From: Takakia lepidozioides
Lineage: Eukaryota; Plantae; Bryophyta
Assembly: GCA_030704615.1 (NCBI GenBank)
Contig: CM060732.1
Location: 78,678,001-78,742,000, forward strand
Direction: 5' to 3'
Length of the DNA stretch: 64,000 nucleotides
In this document: positions 11,479-23,435 of the stretch, piece after piece
How the letters are laid out: every line of letters starts with the position of its first letter
How positions within the stretch are numbered: position 1 is the stretch's first letter
The notes under the pieces: model-generated
Told to the model about the DNA's origin: nothing
The model's database searches: none
What the model saw: only the letters and a program-made list of their open reading frames with translations
Position numbers and translations under genes: made by a program

Positions 11479-12714
11479 TTATTCCCCAGCCGGTACATTT
11501 TTTCGACTCGGAACCATTGATGCGGCTCAAATTAATCTCGCCCGCATGCTGTTCGTCCGGCGGCTATATGTATTTTTCCATATAGCCGCAGTAGACTATT
11601 CACTTGCCCGCGATAAAGCATCTGAAATAGACCATATACCATACCATGGAAGAAAAGGATCGAAATCCACAACCAGCCAAATCCTAAATTGAGGTAAAAC
11701 ATCTTTTTTGGTAGAAACGAATATACCAATTTATTTATTTATTTATTTTAGTTATACGTGTTAGTTATACGTGGTATATCGTATTTTGAGACTATGGACT
11801 ATGGTATGAAACTTTTTCATAGCATATCTTATAAACCATCGGTTAACTGGGATGGAAATACAAGGAAATATACAAAAAAAACTAAGATGTTGCCATGAAC
11901 TGAAAGAACAGTCGCGGGATCCATGGAATCGGGATGGATTAAAGCCATCCACCAAGTGTCCCCAAGTAAAGCCCCAACCAACTCGTTATCGAGTAAGGCT
12001 CTCCACCCGTCGTCCGCAGGAGATTCCCGCCCGGGGTGAATGTGCTACCGCTGGGTCGTTCTGGCTGTCATAAGGAGCGGGTACTTAGCCGGGAGAAGCT
12101 TCGCTACTGGGTAGTGCGCCAACAGCACCGGCCGTGCCTTCGGCACGATGTTGGACAATGGAAACAGGACCGATCGCCTGGGCGTCACCGTCCTTATTAA
12201 GCTTTGAGACGCTCCTACGACTTTATCTTGCCACAATTGAGGCTATCATTGCTATAGAAACTACAAAAGCCTCGGTGACTGGGGTTGACATAACAGAAAC
12301 GACTCTTTTGATAGCCGCCGTGCCAACACCATATGTATATGTAATGATAGTCTCTCCAGAAGACTTAACGAAGTCGAGGAAATCTCGCAATGGTAGATCA
12401 TCAGTTTTAATGGAAACAGTAGACGGTAACTGTCCGGATGATAACGCGCTGGCCGCAATAGGCCCAGCGGAACCAAATAAACTATCAGGAGGCGTGCCCG
12501 GTATAAAAATTACCGGTATAATAAATCTGCGCATAGTTGGGATACGTTATAGGCATAGATGGCTCTTGCGTAGTATTCAGATCTGGTGTAGAATCAGCCA
12601 AATCTCGGCGGATTGAAGAGATAGAAGAAGCCAAATCGATGGAGAAGAGACGGCGGCGCACAGAAACCAAATACGAGGATTTGGTAGTAATACGGTTAAT
12701 AAATTGATAGCTTT

Positions 12715-14926
12715 TCATTTCACAACATAAAGTGAATTCTTAGAGATGTGGGAAAGCTGGCGAGGACTTAAGTCCTCGCAAACATTAGAATTTTGGATTA
12801 ATCTAGCTTCTGATTTGCCAAGAATGGGCGTAATAGCGAGATGGAAGGAAGAACCAACTGAAGCAATTTGTCCAATAGTAACATATGGTGCCTCCACGGG
12901 TTGACATCCGATCCAGCCTGAAAGTAAGCAATCTGCCAAAAGCAACCGAAATAATTTTTGGTGAATTGGTCGGGAACTTGAACTACGTACATATGATGTG
13001 TTAATAAACGGTAAAGCAAATAATGACACAAAAACTAGTCCTATGGCAGCTACACCCCCTAATTTGTTAGGTATACTTCGAAGAATCGCATAAACTGGTG
13101 AGGAATACCGTTCTGGCACTATATGAGCCGGAGTTGACATGGGATTCGCGGGTATGTAGTTGTCGGGATGCCCCAAAACATTAGGTGCGTAGGAAACAGA
13201 AATGGAAAAAGAGATGGCAAAAGCTACCCAACCTACTAACTCTTTTACGTAAAAATAGGGATAAAAAGCTATTTTATCCACAGAAGAATTGATACCCGAT
13301 GGATTATTAGAGCCATATTGATGTGATGCAGCGAGATGGGGAATAGCAGCGCCAGCTATTATAGAAGGAAGTAAGTAATGAGGGCTAGAAGAACGATTTG
13401 AGGTGGCATTGTCTACGGAGAAGCCACCCCGAGGCCGAGTTGCTATAGTGTCTCCTACTACAGGTATTGCACTAGCTGAGCTTGTAATGACTGTAGCTCC
13501 CCGAAAACTCATTTGCCTAAATTTCCTCCCACCATGTCTTTTCTACTTTCTAACTAAAGACCCATTCTAGACTTCATGGATGAATGATGTGAGGCTCCAT
13601 CGGTTCTTTCCATTCCACCATTTCACTCATTGGGATATGGAGCAGCCATTTGGAGTATTTCTTCCTAAAATTAGCCCTGATACTGAATTCTTTCTGCAGT
13701 ACAAAAAAAATTTTCTTTTCCACTTCGGAAGGAACCTTGAGCCCGCGCGCCCCCCATCATCCATAAGCCAATAGGCCAATGCTCCAAGAGTCAAATAGTC
13801 AACAATGTTCTTAGGAACTATTGACTCCCTCGCGATAAAACATTTGGTGGAGCCAATTCGAACTAGCCGAGGTTTCGGTTCGAAATCTTAGATACTGGTG
13901 GGCCTTCGGCCTGTTTGGTAGACCGCTTGAATTCTATTTGAGTGTTCACTCCTTGTTCAGCGGAAGCATCAACCACCCAATAAAAACCCTACGTATGAAA
14001 ATATCTGGATCTGTTACGGCAGGAGGTTAGAAAGCTTAGGTAAGGCTTATAAAGACCTTAATATATGGCTTAAATAGACCGTAAGACTCCATCCCTCGGA
14101 GATTCAATAATGGCCCTCCGGCCTTTATTCATCCACTCGTTGGAGTGAAATAGACAGGATTTATCGGAGAAAAGTGGGACTATATATTTGCCTAGCCGAA
14201 GATCCATGACAGACTAGGCACCCCACGTGTGGTCTCTGAGGAACTCTCTATGCCATTTTTCCCAAGGCCGAAGGGCCTATTATTCCGGTGTGGCGAGAGC
14301 TTTCCTGCGGATTGTCTATGATGACATGCTAAGGATTTTGACTTATAATTTACACCCACGCGAGGCAGCAACGCTAACGCTGGAGAGACGGCCGAAGGTC
14401 GTCCACTTCGTTTCCTCCATGGGGGAGAAGTACCTTAGTAATTAAGAGTTTCCCGCATTTAGTGGGGGTTTTTATCCTTCTATTAGTAGAAGGAGGGGCC
14501 AATTCGACCCCACGGTGGTACGTGTCCTATAAAAGCTGTTACAATCATTAATGATGAAATGACAACTCCAGGACACCGAACTAATTCCCTAGGACTCGCA
14601 TAACTTCCATGATATGAACCACGAAGAATATGAAGATGAACCACAATAAGAGACATACTTGCCCCATTAGCATGCATATAACGAAGCAACCAGCCTCCTT
14701 TCACATCTCTCATGATGTGTTCTACGCTTAAGAAAGCTGGATCCACATGAGGTGTATGATGCGTAGCTGAAAAAACGCTGTAATTATCTGAATGACCGAA
14801 CGAATACCAGCCAACGAACCGAAACTCCACCAATAACTTGAATTGCTCGGGGTTGGATAATCTATCAAATGATTGTTAGGTGTAGGAAATATAGGGTTGT
14901 TTAAGAATCGATAGTCGTCTTGCCAT
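12715..14926 (-). CDS. cob: Apocytochrome b; exons 14507-14926, 12715-13515
   Basis: MARRLSIL..., [18 protein letters not shown](R>W)Y; exon 1 is 420 nt with compensating +1/-1 indels. Confidence 0.97.
13516..14506 (-). other. Group I intron cobi420
   Basis: Follows U, ends in G; R element cctcagagaccac (~14229-14241) and S element aaatatatagtccc (~14176-14189). Confidence 0.9.
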
Positions 14927-15445
14927 ACGAATGTTTCGTGCTCTTTTCTTTTCGCGGATCATGGAAACTTTGTGTTCTTCATGATTGACGCAATCCATCA
15001 TGGGCAGGATTTACCCATTATTACAAGGCCTTAGGTAAAAAAAATATATAATATATATATATATTTTTTATTCGTTCTATAACGCTCAAAGCCTGCTTTT
15101 ACGGAGTTAATAGAACGAATAAAAAGAATTCTTTTAGATGTTTCTTAATCAATTCATTTGGTCTTCGAGCTGCTATTTCACTCTTCCAAGATTCCCTTTT
15201 CTATAGGAGTTTTCTGAATCTCCCCCCCCCCCCCCTATATATTTTTCTTTGTTTCCCCTAAATTTCTTAGCGCAGCAAAAGATGCGCAAGAAATTAAAAA
15301 AAAATAGGAGCTTCGCCCTCTGCCTTCACGGGCTGAGAGCTGGCGCCCTTGTTTCATTCTCCGAGATCTTTATTTGGCATAAAAAGCTGGGTAATAAAAA
15401 GGAATATATATTTTTGGTTGCACTGCAGTGAAATTGCTCAATGAA

Positions 15446-18400
15446 TTGAGGGAGCCAGTCAAAGGCTACTAGAACACCAGATACAAAGACTACCCGAGCT
15501 AATGATAAGGGCGGGAATACTTTCCAGCCGAGTCTCATTAATTGGTCGTAACGATATCGTGGAATGCTGCACGGACCCGTATATATACAAACGGAAAGAA
15601 AAGAACCTTGATACTAAACCGGATAGGACCCGGAATCACCTGGAAAATAGGAATATCTGGGATGGGCAGCCGACCTCCTGGAAAAGGCAATGTACATGGA
15701 CTAGGAGAGTAGGGGCGCAGCTCCGTGGCCCGCTCGGGCCCGAGAATAGGTATCCACTCCCTTCTCAAGGAACCGTACGTGACACTCTCGCGTCATACGG
15801 CTCCGTTCCGGAAATCTTGAGTCTCATCCCCCGCCGCGCCTAGGTCTTCGAACCCCTAGGGCCTCGCATGGATGTCTCGGTGTTGATTGGCACGGAGTGG
15901 GAAAAAATATATATTTATTATTCGACTTCCTCTCGGAATCACTGTGATGTTACCGAAATAATCCAAATGTTAGGCCAACTTGCGTACATGGTGTATTTGC
16001 ACCGGGGCCTCCTCCCCCCTAACCGCGCAACGGTTTAGACTGATCACGCTTTGTCACATATCGTATGTACAACTGATTCAAGGTTTTGTACGCGTCCTCC
16101 TTGTTCAGATCTTTCCCCGTCAGGAACTCCAGTCTAAGCGTCCTAAGCTCCATGCTGGTGGGAAACTTGGCAAGGGTCCCACCTTCTCCGTTGACTATAT
16201 GTAAATCTCTGGAGTACTTGAGGATTTTATTTACGCGCCGAAGATTTATGCTTGTTGGCAAGGGTAAATATAGCGGACCAGCGAATCTGGTAGTCGACAA
16301 TGGTTCGGACCTGATAAAGGTTGTCGCAACATCTATAGCTATAGTAGGACAGAAAACCTCTTGCGACGCTCGCGAACCAATTGACGATGTCTTCGTCGCT
16401 GACGTTCGTCAAGCGGGCCACGTGGGTTGGACGGGCCTTCCTCTGGTTAATCATACCTCGGTCCCGAAGCCTTTGGAGTATCTTCTTCGTAGGCGCCAGG
16501 ATCTGTAAGGGCGCAGCTTTCTTTTAAAAAATCAATATTTTTTCTTCTTTTTTTATATCTTCTTTTTGCTGGCCCTCCAGACCTTCCGACGCTCTGGGAG
16601 TCTCCAATGAAGACATCCGGACGCTCAACGATTCGTCCAATCGTGAGACTGCTTGTTGAACGTCTGATGGCACGTTACTCCAACCTGGGCTATGCAGGAT
16701 CTCTCCTAATCTTTGCTGTATGTCCTTGGCGGTCTCCCGTAAGACGCTTACTTGGGGGCTGACTCCTGCTTTTTTCGAAGTCTCCGCTAGTAGAAGCCTC
16801 ACGTCCTGTAGACTCCCTGTTTCTCTTTTCCCCCTCGTCGGCTGTCGGACCGGGAGACTCTTCTCTGGGTCTTTTGACTTGGAATGGATGGCGGGGCATC
16901 GGTGGGGAGCTGTGAGATGGATACGGTGCTTTACTCTCCGACGCTTCTCCAGTTCCCGCGATAATCTACGGGGAGTCTTCGAAGCCGGGACTCCCCGAAT
17001 AACCGTACTGGGGACTTCTACCGTCCCTGCAGCTATGTGAGTGAATCTTGCAGAGCCTACCTCAAGGTTCAGGTCGGATTGCAGGAAGTGGGTGATACGG
17101 TCTCTTAGTTTTTTTATCAACTCCATCCACGGGGCCTACGATTCCCGATAGGAAGTCATCGGCATATCGGACGTAACGGATCCTAATGAAGTCCGGTTCA
17201 TTGAAGTCCACAGAGGAGGTTAGCCCCTGCCTACGGGCTAGGCGTCTACATCCCGACCCGATAGCTAGTCTCGTTTCCTCGTCCAGCTCCATCAGGCGAC
17301 GGTGGCTCCGACTTTCGATCTTCGGTTTTTCTATCGGAGCCTTCGGAGAAAAAAAATAAAACTTTTTTTTTCTTTTCGTGCTCTTGTCGGATCTTCTATA
17401 TCTCCTGATCGAGCTTGTGTGTAGATAGATGTTGCATAGTAGGGGTGATAGTAAACAGCCTTGTGGAACCCGTAGTAAGGGCCACCCTTCTCACCTCCTA
17501 CAAGTCCGGCGGAAAATAGTTGGTGAATGAGGTCAAAGAATCTTGGATCGTTTATCTCCTCCTTCGAGATTGAGATGAGTCGATGTCGGTCAATGGTATC
17601 GAAACATTTTCTGATGTCAAATCCTAAAAACCAAGAGGTTCCAGCCCACTTTTTCTTGATCTGTCTCAGAGCCGAGTGGAGTGGCGGCCTCGACCCGGGC
17701 GGAATCCATGCGATGTGTCTAGGAACTGGGGCTCGTAAATGGATTCGGGTACCGTCCTGATCACCTCTTGAATGATCTTGTCTCTCGGCGCTACTACTGT
17801 GATCGGCCTGAACTCAGGGGCGAAGCCCTTCGACCCTTCGTTCGCTCCGCGAGCGAAGCCCTTCGGCCTTCGGTTTTATTCTCGCGAGCTTTACGTTTCC
17901 TTGCGCGGAGCAGGGAAAAAAAAATATTTTTTTTCTCCGCCGGGGCTTGGTTTGGACTTGATTCGCTCATAGGACGCCAGTAGTTGTCTATTGTCCGCAA
18001 TAGTTCCGAGTACATGGGTGCGCTTCGCGCTCCGTCGTCTCAGTGACTCAGGCTCGCTTCGCTCGCCTCTCGGACTGATGTCTACCATCGCCGGTGAGTC
18101 TCTCCCAGAACCAGAATGATTATCCCTGTTCGATGGGTTTACATCCATCCCTGGATATCGGGTACCGTTTCCTTCCCCGCCATCCCTGTAGCTGTCACCT
18201 GTAATCCGCGCAGGTGTGTCCGCACCCCCTGGATGAGACGAGAAGTCTTTTCTCGGAGCAACCCTCCCTGGTTCCAGACCTAGGAGCGCACTTTCCCGTA
18301 TGAGCATTCGGTACACGTATAGGTCTGGGGAGGAGTTACGAGGTACCCACTTAGGATATCCCCCTAATCTTGGATAGGTCGTCCGATGGGTTCGCGGTTC

Positions 18401-20056
18401 GTTTGCTGTGCTCACACACCAGGCTACCCCTCTCCGAAAGCTTCGCGGGACCTACTAGTCTTCGGATCGCCCGGAGGGGTTTACTGCACAAGGCCCTTGA
18501 GGGGACACTGGCTCCTGCAGAGGGCTGAAGCCCAACGAGTGTCAGATGCAAAGCTCCGCACCTCATTAAGATCATATTAGCATATTCCCCTGGAAGAGAA
18601 GGAGCAAAACCCATTGGAGAATATTCTACATTATAGCCCGCGACCGATTCAGCTTCTGCTTCTGGTAGATCAAAAGGAGCTCGATTAGTTTCTGCTGGAC
18701 GGGAAATAAAAGACGTAATAAATACAGGAAACGAGGGAATGCCAAACCATATCTGCTTTTGCGCTATCACAATCTCACTGAAATTACGAGAACCTACACG
18801 GATTGGTACAGTAATAATAATAGGACCGATAGAAACTTCATAAGAAACCATTTGAGCTGCGGATCGTAATGCTCCTGAAAAAGCATATTTGGGATTACTA
18901 GACCGACCCGCCGTAATGATCCCATAAACACCTGGAGAAGATATAGCGAATGGATGAAGTATACCTACATTTGGATCTGGCGATACCATACCATAATCAG
19001 AAGTAGGGGTCGGGGATTTCCCCGCCCTCCGAACCATACGTGGCAGTTTCCCGTCATACAGCTCTCCGCCACTGATTCATCGAAGCGCGTCAAAAAAAAA
19101 TATATATAAATATTTTTTTTTGACGCGCTTAACCAGGTTTGTCTCGGATGAGGTCGTAGCAGCTTTTGAGTGTCTGCTATGACCAACCGGTCCTCTCGAG
19201 GGAGTTGAAGCGTGACTGGCTTCGTCACATCTGTGACGAGGGAAGGGCCACGCCCCCTACCATCGAATCATGACTGCCGCCCTTCAGTACCTGGCTTGGT
19301 TGGTTTTCCTACTCACTTGCTACAGCGACTCCGTCGACCTCCCCCCCAGAGAGTAGGCCGATCCCGTGATTGCGTCTTCGACTTTTTCCACCTGTGTGTT
19401 GAGGTAAGATGTCCGCATAGTCTTATTCTCCTACTGAGAATGCCCGAAAAGAAAAAATATATTTTTTTTCCGTCTTCGGTCTCTGTTATACCTACCAGAA
19501 GAACCGATTACGGGACCAAGTCGTTACCCGCTGGCTTGGCGAATGCTGTCGTTCAGCAGCTACGTGATTCGGATTCGTCAGCCTCATCAACCCCAACGGT
19601 ATCTCCCGAGCCGTCCTTGGAGATACGGGTCTCCTGTGACTCGGTTTCCCAGATGCTTTTCCACGCGCATCGCGGCAACGCTACCTCTGGGTGATTTACT
19701 CCATTGACGCAGACTGGAGATCAGGCACCGGGACATGCCCCGTAGCGACGAAGGCGCCTTGCACGGCGCAGTGTAACAGCCCGAGCAACCGAACTTAACA
19801 TAAATGTAATTACTGGAGCCATTATGGGAATAAATAAATTAGCACTACTCGGTAAAAATAGGTTCTTTATCATTAATTTCAAACCATCTGCTAGAGGTTG
19901 TAACAATCCAAACAATCCCACTACATTAGGACCCTTTCTACGTTGCATAGAAGCCATTACTTTACGTTCAGCTAAAACTAAAAAGGCTACTCCTAGTAAA
20001 AGGGGTATTATTATTCCAAGTATTTTCGCTAAAATACCGATGATATACAGTCTCAT
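15446..20056 (-). CDS. nad1: NADH dehydrogenase subunit 1; exons ~19770-20056, 18562-19002, 15446-15703; CAA stop inferred to be edited to UAA
   Basis: [42 protein letters not shown]. Confidence 0.96.
15704..18561 (-). other. Group II intron nad1i728
   Basis: GTGCG start; domain V at ~15770-15805. Confidence 0.93.
15980..18015 (-). pseudogene. matR: Fragmented matR-type maturase in nad1i728
   Basis: [27 protein letters not shown], domain [18 protein letters not shown]...[12 protein letters not shown]; several frameshifts and repeat insertions. Confidence 0.85.
19003..19769 (-). other. Group II intron nad1i287
   Basis: Domain V at ~19030-19066, 3' end gAcccctAC; 5' boundary uncertain by about 2 nt. 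Confidence 0.88.
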
Positions 20057-21768
20057 TTTGTTGGCTTTTTTTCTATCTCGTTCCATACGAAAAGCTACGA
20101 AAAAGAAAATATATATATATTTCTTTTTTCCGCCAGCTTTGGAGAAACCTGGGTTGTGGACCACAGACTAACGGGGTGGGGCTACCTCACGGGTGATTAG
20201 AAGAGAAGGTAAACCCCTTGAAGTAGTCTGAAGAATGATGGCCCCGAAAGTTTTAAAATTTAAGAAGAATTCTGGACGTGACATGTTATTGGCTATGGCC
20301 GGAGAACAGACACCCACCTGCGGCAAAAAAAATATATATATATATATTTTTTTGGCCGCAGGTTTACTTTACGGCGAAGAAAGGCTCCTTGTCTTTAGGC
20401 ATCGACAAAACGCTGGCGCGAGAAGAATGCATTGCTTTATTTTCTGATTATTAGTGCAATCAGAGAACGGGCTAAGCCTTTAAGAAGCTTTGATTCGAAT
20501 CGGGACTGATTCGAGCTTGTAGAATGAACCGGGCCGCAGGGCGCAGCCTATTTTTTTATTGATTCGCGAAACAAAGAAGAGAAATATATTTTTTTTGCTG
20601 CGCCCTTTGTTCGCAAATCCAACGAAGTGCTACGCACCTTTCCGAGATCCATACGTATAAGCATTTCCCAGAATTCATAAAGTAGTTTTATTGTTTAGTG
20701 CGTGTAGCCCACTCCGATATGTATGTACGCTTTACATAATGGCGCTTCTTACGAGCGGGGCAGTCCGGACCAGACGGAGGAGAGGCAGGGAGGGGGGGGG
20801 TGCGCGGGTTCTCACATGAGCCGCGCACCCCCCGCGTAATAGACGAGGAAGGCCGCAGGTCTATATTTTTTATTCGGTTCCCACAGGGAGGAAATGTTAT
20901 TGGTATACCATCAGCACGAGGGCCTCTCCAGGGCGCAGCGCAGGCACTAGCCTGGGCAAGCTGCTGGCGTAGGGCAAGCACGCGCGTGCCGCGCGGCGTT
21001 GGTCAACTTATTCGCTTTTCCTATGCAATTTCCACGGTTGCTTCTAAGCAGCTACGGTTTCACTCGTTCCACTGCTGTTGGAAGGAAACCAGGCTGTCTG
21101 TTCCGAAAAACAAGCGTTTAGTTTATGGGGCACCAACATATTTTTTTTTTCAGCGACAAGAGTTATTTTCCGGAAGCCTTATTTATATGGTTTCCGGATT
21201 GACGTCACGATGTCCCGTGCCATAGGTCCCAGGCTTTCTCTCGGAGTAATTGAGTCATTGATAACCTTTGGGTCTACCGGAATATTTGCCTCGTGACATG
21301 ACTGGGTATACCTGTGACATGCGTGACGATTTAATTCCGTCTGGCCCGCTTTCGACGCTGCGTAGGCGGCGATCACGATTACTGCAGGTACAACTGCTTC
21401 GATCGATCGAAGTAGCTTCACCAAGATTACCTATGCAACCAACTACGTAACGTAATAATATCCCACTTTGTCATAAAAAAAATTTTTTATTTCATAATTC
21501 TTCGGAATTGACCAAAACGAAAAGGATATTGCTATAACCTCAAAAATTCTACGGAATGATATTAACCATAATACCTTCCAAAAAGTACTAAGATCCATAA
21601 TAAAATCTCTAGAACTAATCACGAATACCACCACGATTACATAGAGGCATGATTACGTAAAAGCAACAGCCCCGTTCTTAAAAAAAGACCATACTAATTT
21701 GAGTTCTATCTTTAGATAAAGTAGGATTGGGTTGGTAAAAAACTGTTTCAGATTTTTTTCTCCCTTCT

Positions 21769-23414
21769 TTGATTACCTCCCCGCCGATAAATAGGTACGG
21801 ATGAAAATGACCGAACCACGTCGACGAAATGCCGGTACCGAGCAGCTGCTTCGAAGCCAAAGTGATGCGTTTGGGTGAAATGCCCCAGATATTGACGAAT
21901 ACCACGTATTATTGAGAAAATGGTACCTATAATGACATGAAAACCATGGAACCCTGTGGCTGAGAGAGAGGTAGAACCATGAATACCATCGGGAATCGTG
22001 AAAGGTGCTTCTACATATTCCATTCCTTGAAACCCAGTGGGGACTGGAGCCGGCGAAATGTTAGGGTCGAGAGTTACTTCATAGAGCCGTACAACTTGGT
22101 TGCCGTTTACTCGTATGGCATAGTAAAGTGCTCTCCGAACCGTGCGAGGTAGTTACCTATCACACGGCTCACCAACCTGATCTTTTACCACGTCTCCATA
22201 GGGCACGTAGTCGTTTGTTCCATTGTCAAAGCCTTGGGCTTAATTCCATCCGGACATAAAGTCAGATTTCCCGTGTCAATCAGGTAAAGTCCATGAATGA
22301 AAATCATTTCTGTACATTGATTTAGACTCCTTCTCGCTTTGCCCTTATACGAATAAGATCGAGTCAAGTGTTTACTGTTGCCAGCTCTGCTTCGAGTAGG
22401 CGGATACTACGAGTCCTCCGTCCCGGATATCCAGATCGTGGCTATCTGGTTCACCGGTACTACCAAGGTACTCTTATACTTACGTGAAAACACATAAGAT
22501 TTCCAACTAATAGTGCTAGTTCGAACGAAAAAGCAGCCGTGCTTCCAGTGTTTTTGTTTCATACCGAAGTTGGGACCTCCTCCTGCTCCGCCACAGGCAG
22601 GCTACCATTCTGCCGTGGAGGAGGTAGCGCTGTAATATTATTGATTGATCAATAACCTGACCGAACACGCTCGAGTTAGTGTCTCATCCACACCTCACAT
22701 TCATGAATGACCCATTCGGCTATATTTCGAAGACACGGTCGAAAAAGTTCTCTAGAGTTGGTCAACCACCCTGTCCTTTCCTTCTGCAACATGCTATTGT
22801 CCCGGTTCGTTAAAATGGTAAGTTGCATCCGTCTCATTGCGAGCATCAGCAATGGTATGATTACCAGAGGTAATCAGACAGTTTCCTTGGTAATCTGACG
22901 GTCGCCCGGTAGCTGCTGAAGCGTAAACAGCTTGCTTTTTAAATCCAGCTAATATAGCATGATGAGCCCAAGTTACGGCAGCTCCAGATGGAAGTGGAAT
23001 AAGGGTATTTAGAAAAGGAATTCCCCAAGGATTTGACACATCAATTCCTTTGGGAGGCCGAATAGCTCCAATCTCTACCGTAGGTGCCGAAGGAGAATGA
23101 GAAGGAGCCCGAGAGAAAGCTAAAGGAAACATGACTTCAGACACGATGAACAAAATCATACCATAGCGAAGTCCTAATTGGACCACAAATGTATGATGTC
23201 CTTCGTAAGTGGATTCACGTATAACATCGCGCCGCCGTACAAACATAGTATATAAGATCATTCCCAAGCCTAAACTAGGAAGTGTTCCACCTCCCGTAGG
23301 AGGGTGCATGTACGTAACACCACCAATGGTGCTTGCCAAAGCTCCAAGTGGACCCGGAAGAGGCCATGGACTTGGATCTACTGAATGATAAGGATGCTTT
23401 TGAGAGACACTCGT
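21769..23414 (-). CDS. cox3: Cytochrome c oxidase subunit 3; exons 22908-23414, 21769-22059; ACG start and CAA stop inferred to be edited
   Basis: [30 protein letters not shown]; spliced length 798 nt, in frame. Confidence 0.96.
22060..22907 (-). other. Group II intron cox3i506
   Basis: GGGCG start; domain V at ~22137-22170; ends gAccctaAC. Confidence 0.9.
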
Positions 23415-23435
23415 AATTGGTCCTGTGTTTGCTTT

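Noticed and set aside
12655-12662. GTGCG as the 5' end of the orphan intron ending at 11398
   Set aside because: No recognisable domain I structure follows; a pentamer is expected by chance.
13950-14000. LAGLIDADG remnant in cobi420
   Set aside because: Only a VVDA-like tetrapeptide; too weak to call.
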